Shown here in pieces: positions 52,010-62,296 of a stretch of DNA of 64,000 bases. The stretch spans positions 704,001 to 768,000 of the forward strand of contig CBDBCF010000001.1 in assembly GCA_965202985.1 (NCBI GenBank). The letters are read 5' to 3'. How positions within the stretch are numbered: the stretch's first letter is position 1; each line of letters opens with the position of its first letter. The translations under genes and the position numbers were made by a program. A model generated the notes under the pieces. The model ran no database searches, was not told the DNA's origin, and saw only the letters and a list, made by a program, of their open reading frames with translations. Source of the DNA: Longimicrobiales bacterium. GTDB lineage: Bacteria > Gemmatimonadota > Gemmatimonadetes > Longimicrobiales > Gaopeijiaceae.

Positions 52010-55000
52010 CTACAAGAGGGACGGCTGGTACGGGCCTAGGCCGGGGGCCCGCGTGCGAAGGTGGTTCTGGATGTACTCCAGGGTCGCGCGCTCTTCGGAG
52101 TTGGCGGGGGCCAGCTCGATGAGGGCCTGCACGAGCTTGGCGAAGAGGTCGTGGCGCCAAAGGCCGCGGATGTCCAGGTAGGCGTCGACGCGGGACTGTT
52201 CGCCGGTCTTCCACAGCTGCATGAGCTTGTGCACGCAGTCGATCAGAGGCGGGGGCGTGCCCGTGGACGACGGTTCGCCCAGCGTCTTGGAGCGGCGGCG
52301 GTTCCAGGGGTTGAGCCGGGCTTGGTTGCCGGAGACGGCCGGGGAGCCGGCGGCGGGCGAGTCAGGGGCGTCCGCGTCGGTCTGGGCGCTCCGGCGATCG
52401 CCACCTCGGAGCAGGATGTCGTGGCGTCCGGCCAAGTCCGTGTCGGAGACGTTGCAGGAGACGGCGTAGAGGATGCATGCGCCCGCCGGCGCCGGCCCCA
52501 GGCCGAAGTCGCTCCGGTGCAGCAGGTAGTAGGTGGTCGGGTCGTCCAGGTCCTGCACGGGGGCATCGTCCTCGCCGAACAGCCGGCTGACGACGAAGCC
52601 CACGACCATGCGGCGAACGTGCCGGAGGAAGTCGGCGACGGCCAGCAGCTCGTTGGGCGTGTCCGTCTTCTTGACGACGGGGTGCTTGCTGAACGCCTCC
52701 AGCGCGGGGCCGGTTGCGGCCCAGACGAAGTCGGGACCCCGAATGCCGGCGTCCCAGAAGTCGCGGAGGCGGGTCGTAATCTTCTCCTTCATCTCGCCGA
52801 GCACCGGGCCGTCCCAGCCGGGGCGCGCGGTGCGCGGGCGCTTCCTGCACACCAGCCAGATCGACGACGACAGGGCCGCGGACGACAGCGACCGCTGGCG
52901 GTTCTGCATCTCGGTCTGGATCGGCCACGAACCGACGACCACGAACCCGGCGCGGATGAGCGCCGAGACCAGCGTCTCCCAGGCGTCGGGCTGCTTGTTG
53001 GCGAAGACGATCACCAGTCTGCCGTCGTCCCGGAGAGCCTCCCAGAAGCGCTTGAAGGCCCGCGCCATGCCGTCTTCGTAGTTCTGCTTCGAGGCCTTCT
53101 GGTCGCCGCCGAAGCGGGCCGCGTCGTCGATCAGCTCGCCGTCTTGTGCTTCCGCGTTCCACTTGGGCCCGAGCGGTTCGGCGAAGGCTTCGTCGATCTC
53201 GCGCGAGAGTCCGTGCAGCGTTCGTCGCAGCCACACGTGGAAGAAGTCCATCAAGTCCGAGTACGGGATGGCGTCGTAGTACGGCGGATCGGTGCAGATG
53301 ACATCGAAGGAACCGGGGAGCGGCGCCATGGCGGACTGGCGCAGCACTTGGGGCATCGGCGCGCCGGCGGTCGCGTCGTCCAGATGCTCGGCGACGCGGG
53401 CGATCCATTCGACGGAGGGGCGGAAAGCGCCAGTGGTGTCGGCGAGCGGGCAGGACTCGGCGAAGTCCCAGACCATGGGGAGGGCAAAGCGGGCGAAGGT
53501 GCTGCGAATTTTTTCGGGATTGTTGGTCCAAGTGGCCAAGCTGCTGCCGCGGTCGGCGATGCGGCTGATGGTGAGGGCGAGGAATGCGGTCAGGGCTTCG
53601 CGCCATTCCGGCGGGTAGTGGTCCGACATCTCGTCGGAGCACCGGCGGATTTCTTGAACCAGCGTGCCCAGAGCCAGCAGCTGGCGGTTCGTGAAGAGCT
53701 TCCGCCAAGTGTCGAAGCCGTAGCCATCCACCGAAAACGCCCTCGATGCCCCCATGCCGGCCTTGGGCGTCGGTTCATTCGGCAGGCCGAAGGGAATGTC
53801 CGCAAACGCCGACTCCAGCACGGCCTCATCCACATGCGCGGCCCGCCGGTCCTCGTCGTTGGGCGCTCGGTACTCCTTGCCCTGTTGACCGTCCACGACG
53901 ACCGCGGTCAATCGTTCGCCCAGCAGTCCCGACCGTCCGGCCACCCGAAGGTCGGACATGGTTGCAATTACGCCGCAGCCCGGGCACATGACGCCACTAC
54001 TGGACATCGTCCCCGCGCCAAGCTCCTGATCATGCGCACGTTTCTGCGCCGGCGTGGCGAGGTTAGCCGGAACCGGGACATCGTTCTCAACGCCGAAGAC
54101 TACGCCTTCTTCGCCCGCCGTCATCGTCAGCCGAACGCGCTTCTTGTCCTTCTTGCACAGCCAGCGCGTCTTGAGCAGAGGCACCTCGGCCCGGCAAGAG
54201 GCGCAGCGCGTCGTCCGCGCCCACAGGTACGCGACCGTCGGCTTCACGACCCAACGCGGGTTGCCCTCGTCTTCCAAGTAGTACGAGTCGAACTCGGCGT
54301 TGAGCGCATCGGGCGACACACGGCCTTCGTCGTCGGGCTCGAGCAGCTGCGCCGGTCTCGCCTTGTAGCGCTTCTCCGGTCGGGCATCGGCGCGTCCCCG
54401 GCCCTTCCGGCGTACGGGCTCGAACTCCGCGTACGTGGGATACCGAGACGCGAGCCGCTTCCGCGCCCGGGCAAGCACTAGGTCGCCCCAGGCTCGGAGA
54501 TGCCACGCGAAGCTGGCCGGCATCTCGGGCGAAACGTCCGTCGCGGACACCAGCAGCTCTGCCGACTGCCCCTCGCCATGACCCAGCATCGCGAGCCCTT
54601 TCTCGAGGGCGGTGCGGCTCTTCAGCCCGCGAGCCTTCAAGAACTTCTCGGCCAAGCCGCGGTCGCGGAGCGCAAACGCCGGAAACGGCCGTTGCTCTCC
54701 CCCGACCAGTCGCGGGTAGTGGAGCGTGCAGCGCAAGATGAACCAAGCTACCGGGCTGAGGTCCGCCGCCACCGCCTCGCACCCCAGCCGCATCGCCTCC
54801 AACGGAATCGCCCCGCCTCCGGCAAACGGGTCGAGCACCCGAGGCGCCCGCCCTTCAAAGACATCTTCCACGTCGCGCTGGTACGCCTCGATCCGCCCGA
54901 GCGTCCGTCCGTCCGACTGAACGCGCCCTTCCCTTCCCCATCGAAAGATGCCGTCCCTGGTCTCCTCCCGCGTCACCTCCCCCGACGCATTCGTGACTTC

Positions 55001-55228
55001 GGCAACCGTCCCCGCCATGTGGCGAACCATTTCGTACCGTGCTTCCCATCTCTTCGGCTCCGGCAGCAAGGTCGTCAGCAACGCCGCCCGGCTGGCCGCC
55101 AACGGCCGCCGTGCCGGCCATATGTGAAGCGTCGAAATGTGCCCGTGCCGAACGTTCTTCTCGTGAACCGAGTCGAGGGACACCTGCTTGACCGGAAAGG
55201 CAGCCTCGATAAGGCGACGGTCACTCAC
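52010..55228 (-). CDS. DUF1156 adenine DNA methyltransferase with zinc ribbon
   Basis: RLIE..FP, LHIWPARRPLAASRAA, DPFAGGGAIPLEA, CxxC pairs, catalytic TDPPYYD. Confidence 0.9.
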   Translation of the reverse strand: MSDRRLIEAAFPVKQVSLDSVHEKNVRHGHISTLHIWPARRPLAASRAALLTTLLPEPKRWEARYEMVRHMAGTVAEVTNASGEVTREETRDGIFRWGREGRVQSDGRTLGRIEAYQRDVEDVFEGRAPRVLDPFAGGGAIPLEAMRLGCEAVAADLSPVAWFILRCTLHYPRLVGGEQRPFPAFALRDRGLAEKFLKARGLKSRTALEKGLAMLGHGEGQSAELLVSATDVSPEMPASFAWHLRAWGDLVLARARKRLASRYPTYAEFEPVRRKGRGRADARPEKRYKARPAQLLEPDDEGRVSPDALNAEFDSYYLEDEGNPRWVVKPTVAYLWARTTRCASCRAEVPLLKTRWLCKKDKKRVRLTMTAGEEGVVFGVENDVPVPANLATPAQKRAHDQELGAGTMSSSGVMCPGCGVIATMSDLRVAGRSGLLGERLTAVVVDGQQGKEYRAPNDEDRRAAHVDEAVLESAFADIPFGLPNEPTPKAGMGASRAFSVDGYGFDTWRKLFTNRQLLALGTLVQEIRRCSDEMSDHYPPEWREALTAFLALTISRIADRGSSLATWTNNPEKIRSTFARFALPMVWDFAESCPLADTTGAFRPSVEWIARVAEHLDDATAGAPMPQVLRQSAMAPLPGSFDVICTDPPYYDAIPYSDLMDFFHVWLRRTLHGLSREIDEAFAEPLGPKWNAEAQDGELIDDAARFGGDQKASKQNYEDGMARAFKRFWEALRDDGRLVIVFANKQPDAWETLVSALIRAGFVVVGSWPIQTEMQNRQRSLSSAALSSSIWLVCRKRPRTARPGWDGPVLGEMKEKITTRLRDFWDAGIRGPDFVWAATGPALEAFSKHPVVKKTDTPNELLAVADFLRHVRRMVVGFVVSRLFGEDDAPVQDLDDPTTYYLLHRSDFGLGPAPAGACILYAVSCNVSDTDLAGRHDILLRGGDRRSAQTDADAPDSPAAGSPAVSGNQARLNPWNRRRSKTLGEPSSTGTPPPLIDCVHKLMQLWKTGEQSRVDAYLDIRGLWRHDLFAKLVQALIELAPANSEERATLEYIQNHLRTRAPGLGPYQPSLL

Positions 55229-56157
55229 GTCGATCTGGCCAAGTGCTTCCGCCACAGGTAGCTGGCAAATGAAGCGCATGCGCCGAACATGAACACGGCA
55301 TCGTCGCCGTCCACACGTGCTTCGTCCTCATCCAATAAGGCATGCCGAATGCCCTTCTCATCCGACGTATACCCATAGAGGCTGAGTATGGCTTTTCTGA
55401 GTGCAGGATGAAAAGCAACCTGTTTTTCCAATAACTGTAGCGCAACCCCGAGGGTGTTTGCACTTGGAGCAATTTTTCGGGCCACCGATTCAACCGCGTG
55501 GATGCTCTCCCGGATGCTGTCTGCCCATTGACGTCGATTTATGCGCTCGGACGACTTTCGAAGATGTGAAGCACTGCCTTCTAGCCCCGCTTCATTGAGT
55601 TCCTGCAACGACGATAGTATCGACTTTCCTTCTGCATCAGTCGCTATCGGCACTATAGTAGGTGGCCCACTGTCGTCTATTGCGTACGCCAAACCGCTGT
55701 CGGCAAAAGCCTTCTTCATGTCGTCAATAAGGGAAGGAGGGCATTTCGAATGACGCATGACAAATTGTATTAGGTCAAAGACAAAATTGAACGGTTGTGT
55801 CATAATGACATGCTGAAACTGGTGTGCTACAGAATCTCGTTCGTTTGACCACTGATCAAGAGGACGAACAAAAAAATAGAGGTGTACATCTCGTGAAATC
55901 ACCGCCATATCACCTTCAATCAATCTAATAAACGTCAGGCTACGGCATCGATTGACATAATCTGTCAGGACATTCGCGATACGTGTCCGTGCTCTCTGGC
56001 CCAATTCTTCAAGTTTTAGCATTGCCGGCATCGGCTCGTAGTTGTGTGCTTGCGAGAATGTCGGCAACGCATGTCTTTCCATCTTCTTCAACCGGCTAGC
56101 CGGCAACTTCCGCAGATCTTGGTTCCGGGGATCGACCTCCACACCCATGGCTCCCAT
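55225..56157 (-). CDS. AbiJ-NTD4-like protein with a C-terminal HEPN-like domain
   Basis: TFSQ..NY at the N-terminus; C-terminal LYGYTSDEKGIRHA; low GC; SD GAGGAGG before ATG 56157. Confidence 0.6.
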   Translation of the reverse strand: MGAMGVEVDPRNQDLRKLPASRLKKMERHALPTFSQAHNYEPMPAMLKLEELGQRARTRIANVLTDYVNRCRSLTFIRLIEGDMAVISRDVHLYFFVRPLDQWSNERDSVAHQFQHVIMTQPFNFVFDLIQFVMRHSKCPPSLIDDMKKAFADSGLAYAIDDSGPPTIVPIATDAEGKSILSSLQELNEAGLEGSASHLRKSSERINRRQWADSIRESIHAVESVARKIAPSANTLGVALQLLEKQVAFHPALRKAILSLYGYTSDEKGIRHALLDEDEARVDGDDAVFMFGACASFASYLWRKHLARST

Positions 56158-56263
56158 TCGTTGTTGGCCTCCTCTTTTGGGTTTACCCGAATCAATGGAT
56201 GGCCTCCGTCCACGACATCCTCCAGCAAGTCGCCAACTGTTGGGCCGTCTTGGCAAGACACCA

Positions 56264-57394
56264 CTAGTGGTTTGCTCTACTCCGAAGCGCGGCCATCACG
56301 CTTTGCCCTGCCCGCTTGGCGTACAGCGGTGGGACTGCGTTGCCGACCACGCGGCACACAGCCTCCATCTTCTCAGTGACGAACCGATACTTCTCCGGAA
56401 ACGTCTGGAGCAGGGCAGCTTCCCGAACCGATATGGTCAGCCGGCTCCGATCGGGATGACCGAAACGCCCCTTACTGGCCGTCGTGCACCCGCCCGTAAT
56501 CGCCGGTGCCACGTCGTCCCAATGCATCCTTCCGTACGTATTGGTAAACCCGCGGTACCCACCCTGGTGGCACCGCGGCCGCACACACTCGCCGAGATTC
56601 AACCACGTCTCGCCCGGCTCGGCCGCCCGAAGCCGTCGCTCGACTTGCGGCTGAAGGTCGCGAACCACATGCCAGTTGTGGCGTAGCGGCCCACCGGTGC
56701 GACGTGCGGTTTTGAGCGTCACAGGCTCCCCCATGTGGGCAATGGTGCTTCGCACTGTTCGCCACGGCCGGAGCTTCGCCCCTGATCTGGGCGATCTCTC
56801 GTGACTTGCCGCCGGCAACGCAATCGGAAAGCCGCGTCCCGCCAGAAACACCAAACGCCTTCGCGACTGCGGAACCCCGAAGTCCGCCATCTGGTCGATT
56901 CGCCAGCCGCACTCGTAGCCCGCAGCCTCGATCGTCCTGGTGAATCTTCTAAAGATGTCTTTGCCACGACTCAGCAGCCCGGGCACGTTTTCCATCAACA
57001 CCGCCCTCGGTCGGAGCGCCAAGACCAGCTCCGCCATGACAAGCAAGAGCTCGTTCCGAGGGTCGTCGTGCCCGTACTTTGCCGTCAAAGAACAGAATCC
57101 TTGGCAAGGTGCACACCCGGCGAGCAATGATATGTCCTTCGTTCCGGCCGCCTCGACGATCTCGTCTGCGGTTACACCTTGAATGTCCCTTTCCAGTAGT
57201 CGCGTCTTGCGATTGTTCCACCGATAAGTACGTGCCGCAACTGAATCGTTCTCCACCGCTGCCATCACGCGGAAGCCCGCTTCCCGAAGCCCCGCCGTGA
57301 GGCCACCACATCCCGCGAAGAGGTCAACAGCGACATGTGCCTGGCCAACCATATTACTCACGTCGGACTGGCTAGCCGGCATCATAGGTGTCAT
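56264..57394 (-). CDS. dcm: C5 cytosine DNA methyltransferase (second copy)
   Basis: [29 protein letters not shown]. Confidence 0.93.
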   Translation of the reverse strand: MTPMMPASQSDVSNMVGQAHVAVDLFAGCGGLTAGLREAGFRVMAAVENDSVAARTYRWNNRKTRLLERDIQGVTADEIVEAAGTKDISLLAGCAPCQGFCSLTAKYGHDDPRNELLLVMAELVLALRPRAVLMENVPGLLSRGKDIFRRFTRTIEAAGYECGWRIDQMADFGVPQSRRRLVFLAGRGFPIALPAASHERSPRSGAKLRPWRTVRSTIAHMGEPVTLKTARRTGGPLRHNWHVVRDLQPQVERRLRAAEPGETWLNLGECVRPRCHQGGYRGFTNTYGRMHWDDVAPAITGGCTTASKGRFGHPDRSRLTISVREAALLQTFPEKYRFVTEKMEAVCRVVGNAVPPLYAKRAGQSVMAALRSRANH

Positions 57395-59321
57395 CCTTCA
57401 CGATCCTTTCGATTCTTGGGTCGTCTTGCGGCGCCCGCTTGGTCACCACCTCGAGATACTCAGCATGTAGTGTCCTAGTGGTGTCCAACAGATTATGCCA
57501 CTTTCGGATGTCAAGGACGCCGTCACGCTGATACATGTCCGCAATCTGTTGATCGCTAAGTCGAATGTCGTCGGCAATCAGAAGTCCGCTGATCGTCTGG
57601 CGTCGATACGCGTCTGTTGTCGCGCCGTCCTTCAGCCTGGTGCGTAAGAAGTAGACATAATCACGCAGTTGATCGAGTTCCCGTCGTCCGACACGATGTC
57701 CGGGTCTCTTCACCTCGACGATATGCGCTGTCCGATACCGGTCGCCCAGGCAAAAATAATCGGGTCTCCTTTTCCCTTCGGCTTCCATGCTTGGTGTTGC
57801 GCCATCGAACTGTTCGACGAGAATACGATCAAGCGACGTCTCGTGAGTGAGCATCGTCCATCTGGGATCAATCAGCCAAGGGTACTTCTTCAAGTAGTCT
57901 TGCATGTCCGGCTTTTCTTTCATTTTGGCGTCGATCATTGCTTGGAATTTTGTGATTATCTCCACGCGGCCTTTGACGAGATGTGCAGTGTTGACTGCTT
58001 CAATGATGTCCCATTCAGACACGATCTCGCTAAATTTGTCGATATCATCGGCAGGCGCAGTATTCAACCTGCGAATTGCCTGCAAGAAGCTATGGTTCGT
58101 GAGCGCATTATAGGCAAATTCTACTAGTTCATCGGTGATTTCGCTGCCCTCTTTGTCTTTGCCCAACTGTGGAATAGAGCAGATGCGATTCACAACTTGG
58201 TCGAATATCTTTCGGTCGCGCGGTGGAAGTCTCTTGGCACGTTCAATATAGATAGTGACACGAGGATTCGTTATCTTCGCACGTCGTCGCTTGACCGTCC
58301 ACCCCTCTAGTAGATCTCGAATTTTTGATTGCCCCCATGCCTTAAGTGGCGCCGCCATCGGATCTTCCCACCGAACAGTCCCTCTGTCGGTTGCAATCAG
58401 ATCTCTATGGTCGTCCAAGTAGTCGGCTCGAATTTCGCCAGTGAGATACTGCATTCCATGTTGGCCCCACACGCCGCCGCTGAGGTCGAAGAACCACGGC
58501 GCTTGCGCTAGCTTCCCGCGAACATAGACGACAAAGCCACGCATTTCCTCGTCCGGAATCGTGTTCTTGCAGAAGCCAGCCCACCATTTCAAGCTATTGC
58601 CGTCGGGCAGCCGGCAGGTCTCCCAACTGCCAGCAATTTCGGGCACACGAAACTGGAAGGGTATCTCGTCACGGGAAATGAGAGAGCCGTTCACGTAAAC
58701 ACGGAAGCTGTCGTCAAGTACGAGCAGCCTTCGGGCAATGCTCCGCTTGAACTCGTTGGCATCGATTCGTCTAGTGATCTTGAGTCGGCTTAGGATGATT
58801 GCCGTCCCGGGAGCTTCGTCGGTGGGCTGGCCGTCGTCTTGAAGAGTCTCGGGTGTGTAACCGGCGGAATCGGCGAAGTCGGTGTTGCGGGTCAGCTCGG
58901 AGTAGTCCAGGGCAAAGTGGGCAACTTCTCTGTCCTTTACTGTACGAACACCGATGCGATCGGCGATTCCAAACGCTGCCAGCTTACCTATCCCCTTGCG
59001 GCCTTGTACCCGGCGAGGTTCGAGATCGTTGTATGGTGCGGTTCGCCCGGCCTGGCTGCCTCGCCGGTTCCTCCCGACATGGAGGTAGCAGTCGTTGCAA
59101 TCATCGAAGGTCATCCCGTGGCCGTCATCCGTGACCGAGATATCATCGTTCTCTTGGAGCGAACGTCCGGTTGGAATCTTGATCCAAACGTTTCTGGCCA
59201 TTGCGTCATAGGCGTTCGAAATCAGCTCGGCGATAGCGGGAACAGCCCCCGAGTACATCTGGAGCCCGAGGTGACGGAACAGTTGACCTGCTACGGTCAT
59301 CGTGTATGCGCGCTCGGACAT
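57372..59321 (-). CDS. GHKL (MORC-like) ATPase fused to a PD-(D/E)XK nuclease (second copy)
   Basis: [32 protein letters not shown]-terminal RPDY...IVEVKRP; low GC. Confidence 0.78.
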   Translation of the reverse strand: MSERAYTMTVAGQLFRHLGLQMYSGAVPAIAELISNAYDAMARNVWIKIPTGRSLQENDDISVTDDGHGMTFDDCNDCYLHVGRNRRGSQAGRTAPYNDLEPRRVQGRKGIGKLAAFGIADRIGVRTVKDREVAHFALDYSELTRNTDFADSAGYTPETLQDDGQPTDEAPGTAIILSRLKITRRIDANEFKRSIARRLLVLDDSFRVYVNGSLISRDEIPFQFRVPEIAGSWETCRLPDGNSLKWWAGFCKNTIPDEEMRGFVVYVRGKLAQAPWFFDLSGGVWGQHGMQYLTGEIRADYLDDHRDLIATDRGTVRWEDPMAAPLKAWGQSKIRDLLEGWTVKRRRAKITNPRVTIYIERAKRLPPRDRKIFDQVVNRICSIPQLGKDKEGSEITDELVEFAYNALTNHSFLQAIRRLNTAPADDIDKFSEIVSEWDIIEAVNTAHLVKGRVEIITKFQAMIDAKMKEKPDMQDYLKKYPWLIDPRWTMLTHETSLDRILVEQFDGATPSMEAEGKRRPDYFCLGDRYRTAHIVEVKRPGHRVGRRELDQLRDYVYFLRTRLKDGATTDAYRRQTISGLLIADDIRLSDQQIADMYQRDGVLDIRKWHNLLDTTRTLHAEYLEVVTKRAPQDDPRIERIVKDDTYDAG

Positions 59322-59331
59322 GTTGTATCTC

Positions 59332-59724
59332 CTAAGCCGGTGCGTGGTGAGTTAGCGCAAGAGCCTTCAACCGCGCAGCCAGGAGCTTCCGCAACTCCTG
59401 GCGGACAACGTTCACCTCCACGCCCATGGATCGCAGGGCGGTTAGGCCGAGAAGAGGCTCGGCGCCCGGTTCGCCAGTGACGACCGTTCCGCCGACGAAA
59501 TCGTCCATGAACTCGATCTTGGCCACGGCGACATCCGCCTCCACCCGGCGTCCGTCCGCCAGCCGATGCGTGCGTCGCCCGTCGGACGCGAGGCCGACCG
59601 CCTCGATGCACTCGGGAGGGACCACGGTATTCGTCGCTCCCGTGCCCGCCAGGAACCGGCTTCGCCAACACCGGGACGGATCGGCTGGATTTCGAATCGT
59701 CACGTCCATATGAATGGCTGCCAT
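59332..59724 (-). CDS. clan AA (retropepsin-like) aspartic protease homologue with the catalytic Asp replaced
   Basis: FLAGTGA in place of the FLVDTGA motif; LADG and EPLLGLTAL motifs are present. Confidence 0.7.
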   Translation of the reverse strand: MAAIHMDVTIRNPADPSRCWRSRFLAGTGATNTVVPPECIEAVGLASDGRRTHRLADGRRVEADVAVAKIEFMDDFVGGTVVTGEPGAEPLLGLTALRSMGVEVNVVRQELRKLLAARLKALALTHHAPA

Positions 59725-59743
59725 TCGTCGGTCGTCCCTCCGT

Positions 59744-60460
59744 TCAGGTTGGCTCCGCCGGGTCCATTAGGGACTTGGGGGAGATCGTGTAGGTGGTCGA
59801 GACGCGCTCGCTGGCGAGCAGCTTGGCGAACGGGTTCCGGATGCGGACCATGGTCGGCTTGGGCGTCGCGCAGTTCCAAGTTACATAGAGCCAGTAGCTG
59901 TCGGCCAGATGGCGCGCCTGGGTCCATTCGTTGCCGGTTACGTGCACGCCGCCGTGGTCCCAGCGGCCCTTCACTTCGATGCGCCGGACCCGTCCGTTCG
60001 GCAGCTCGGCAAGGAGGTCGAAGCCGGGAGAGTCGGGAAGGCCGGCTACACGGGCAAGGGCGAGCTTGCTTACGTCCCGCACGACCGCATCCCGCTCCTC
60101 CTCCCAAGCGCACGGCGGTCCGCACGGCGATCTTGGTCGACGCGCTCGTCGTACCGGTCGATCTCGTCGCTGTTGGTGGCGGGCACGGCCAGCGCATGGA
60201 CGACGAACTGGACCTCCCCGGCCACGATCCGACTTGGCGCGGCCGCGAGCTCCGCCAGCCTCCGTCTTCTCCGCCAGGAGATCGCGCTGGGCGAGCTTGA
60301 GCGCTCGAGAGCCAGATGGATCAGATAGGGCTCCTTCGCTTGGGGGCGATGAAGATGCCGCCGCGCAGGGCGTCCGCGGCAAAGGTGCGCAAAATGTGCT
60401 CGCGCAGGGCGTCGAAAGACGAGGGCGGGGATGCGGCAAGGCCTTCTGGGCCAGTCGGCG
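59744..60460 (-). pseudogene. remnant of a SNF2 helicase / DUF3883 nuclease C-terminus
   Basis: Fragments across frames: FDALREHI..ALRGGIF / PYLIHLA / RRLAEL..GEVQFVVHALAVP / IAVR / WEEER..DVSK..PGFDLL..RRIEVKGR..NEW..YWLYV; no helicase motifs upstream. Confidence 0.75.
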
Positions 60461-60480
60461 GTCGATGGGGCACATATCAA

Positions 60481-60509
60481 ATGATAATACGACGACGCAC
60501 GAATTGCAA
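60481..60509 (-). promoter_or_regulatory. sigma70-like promoter facing into the defence island
   Basis: Minus strand TTGCAA-17 nt-TATCAT in an AT-rich patch. Confidence 0.45.
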
Positions 60510-60590
60510 GATCGACCGTTCGGAAGGTGAACGAGGGCGGTGCCGTCGACGGCCGACGGCCCGGCGCGCTTTGGGGTTGTTGTCTTGTTG

Positions 60591-61928
60591 CTAGCGCTTC
60601 AGGCCGGGAAGGATGCGGGCGGGAACGAGGCGGCGATACTCGTCCCAGTACGCGCCGTACTTCTGCCGGCAGCGCTTCTCGTCGCGTCCGGCGCGATGCA
60701 CCAGCAGGATCGTCAGGAAAATCACGTAGAACCAGGGCAGGAAATGCAAGAACAGGGCCGGCGCCGTCCACAGGAAGGCCGCCGCGATCTCTGGCACGTA
60801 GTGAAAGTGCCGCGCCACTCCCCACCAACCGGACGCCAACAGGACGGTCTCCTTCTTCTCGCCGTCTTCGGCGCGATACTTGGCGACGACAAGTCGCGGC
60901 TTCTTCCCCCAGATCGTGCAATCGCCGCCGGTTGCTCGGACGACTTGACGTTGCCTGTCGGCTAGGTAGTTGATCGTCACCGCAGCCACTCCTGCGACCG
61001 CGATCGCGGCCGACCACGCCATGCCCAGGTGATGCGGGTGATGCACCAGGTACAAGATGGGCGACGTGTAAATGGCCGGCACCCATACCAAGCAGCCCCA
61101 GCAAATCATGAATCCGGCCCGGTCGTGCATGATGTCGATTGAACAGAGGTAGCCGGTTTCCCAGATGAAGAACTTTACCAAGTAGGCCATCATGACGACC
61201 AGGGCCACGACCATCGAATCGCTCAGGCCGCCCAGCTCGGCCTGCTTCGCCGCAAACGACGACACGATGATCGCCCACCCCATCAAGCCGAAGCGGCAGT
61301 TGGTGAACATCTTGACGTCCCAGCCCAAGATGCGCGGGTACAACTCCGTGCCCCAGTAGTAGTCGAAGATGAAGTTGCCGCTCGGTCCTCCGTCCGGCCC
61401 GGAGGGGAAGAACCGGCCCTTGAAGTACAGCAACAGGCAGAACGCCAAGCTGGAGACGTTCAGCGCGCCGATGATGCCGGCGAAGTTGTCGTAGACGATG
61501 GTCGGCTCGAACCAGTCGAACGCAAAGCCGCCCAAGAGGAACAAGCCCAGCGAAATCAGGAAGCACGCCACGCCGTTGGCGCGGTACACCGGCACGTGAC
61601 CCTTCGGCGTGGTCGGCCCCCGAAAGGAGCGCCCCGGCACCAAGCGCATCAGCAACAACTGCACCACGGCGAACACACCAATGATCTTCCAGCCGGCCGC
61701 CGTGCCCCAGAGGACCGGCTTCCATATGGACGCCAGTTCACTAAGGAAGCCGACCGCGAGCACCCGTTCCACAAAGGACGCCAGCGAGCCGCCGTGTTCT
61801 ACGTTGATCTCCCACACCAACAAAGCCGTCGGCGGGCAGCAGATCAGCAGGAACAGCGGCGCCAACGTGCGGTGAAAGAAGCCGCCATGCCCCGTTCTTG
61901 CCATCGAAGGGCCGTCCGTCTCTGTCAT
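60591..61928 (-). CDS. sterol Delta7-reductase (7-dehydrocholesterol reductase, ERG4/ERG24 family)
   Basis: DYYWGTELYPRI, DVKMFTNCRFG, DIMHDRAGF..CWGCLVWVP, LLASGWWGVARHFHY, C-terminal RDEKRC..KYG.YW. Confidence 0.9.
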   Translation of the reverse strand: MTETDGPSMARTGHGGFFHRTLAPLFLLICCPPTALLVWEINVEHGGSLASFVERVLAVGFLSELASIWKPVLWGTAAGWKIIGVFAVVQLLLMRLVPGRSFRGPTTPKGHVPVYRANGVACFLISLGLFLLGGFAFDWFEPTIVYDNFAGIIGALNVSSLAFCLLLYFKGRFFPSGPDGGPSGNFIFDYYWGTELYPRILGWDVKMFTNCRFGLMGWAIIVSSFAAKQAELGGLSDSMVVALVVMMAYLVKFFIWETGYLCSIDIMHDRAGFMICWGCLVWVPAIYTSPILYLVHHPHHLGMAWSAAIAVAGVAAVTINYLADRQRQVVRATGGDCTIWGKKPRLVVAKYRAEDGEKKETVLLASGWWGVARHFHYVPEIAAAFLWTAPALFLHFLPWFYVIFLTILLVHRAGRDEKRCRQKYGAYWDEYRRLVPARILPGLKR

Positions 61929-62137
61929 TTCAGCGTGCCCGCGCGAAGATCAGAGACGGGACCGGCCCGGCGACCGTGGGCCAGCAGGTGCGCACGTCGC
62001 CCGCAGGACGGGCGGGCGGAGCTTCAAGCCTGCAGGTGCTCCACGTCAGGAACCAGCTTCCCGCCCTGCTCGACAGCCCGCGCCACCTCCCTCGGCCAGC
62101 GGGCCGTACTCGCGCCGTCCCATCCGCCGCCAGCCGC

Positions 62138-62296
62138 TCACCCGTCCTCCACCCGGTCGGCCAGCCGCTCGGCCGCCTCGGCCAGCCTGGCCATCGCCTC
62201 GGCCAGCCGGTCCACCGCGTCCGCCAGCCGGTCCGTGGCCTCGCCGTCCGCCGCGATGGACCGCAGGGCGCGCTCAACCGGCCCCGGCTCGCTCAC
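62138..62296 (-). CDS. small heptad-repeat coiled-coil protein (52 aa)
   Basis: GTG overlaps the Rpn stop (GTGA); MSEPGPVERALRSIAADGEATDRLADAVDRLAEAMARLAEAAERLADRVEDG*. Confidence 0.5.
   Translation of the reverse strand: MSEPGPVERALRSIAADGEATDRLADAVDRLAEAMARLAEAAERLADRVEDG

Noticed and set aside
59744..60475. 243-aa ORF as an intact stand-alone DUF3883 gene
   Set aside because: Helicase-like similarity jumps between frames in its 5' half, so it fits a pseudogene better. Expression of the C-terminal nuclease part cannot be excluded.
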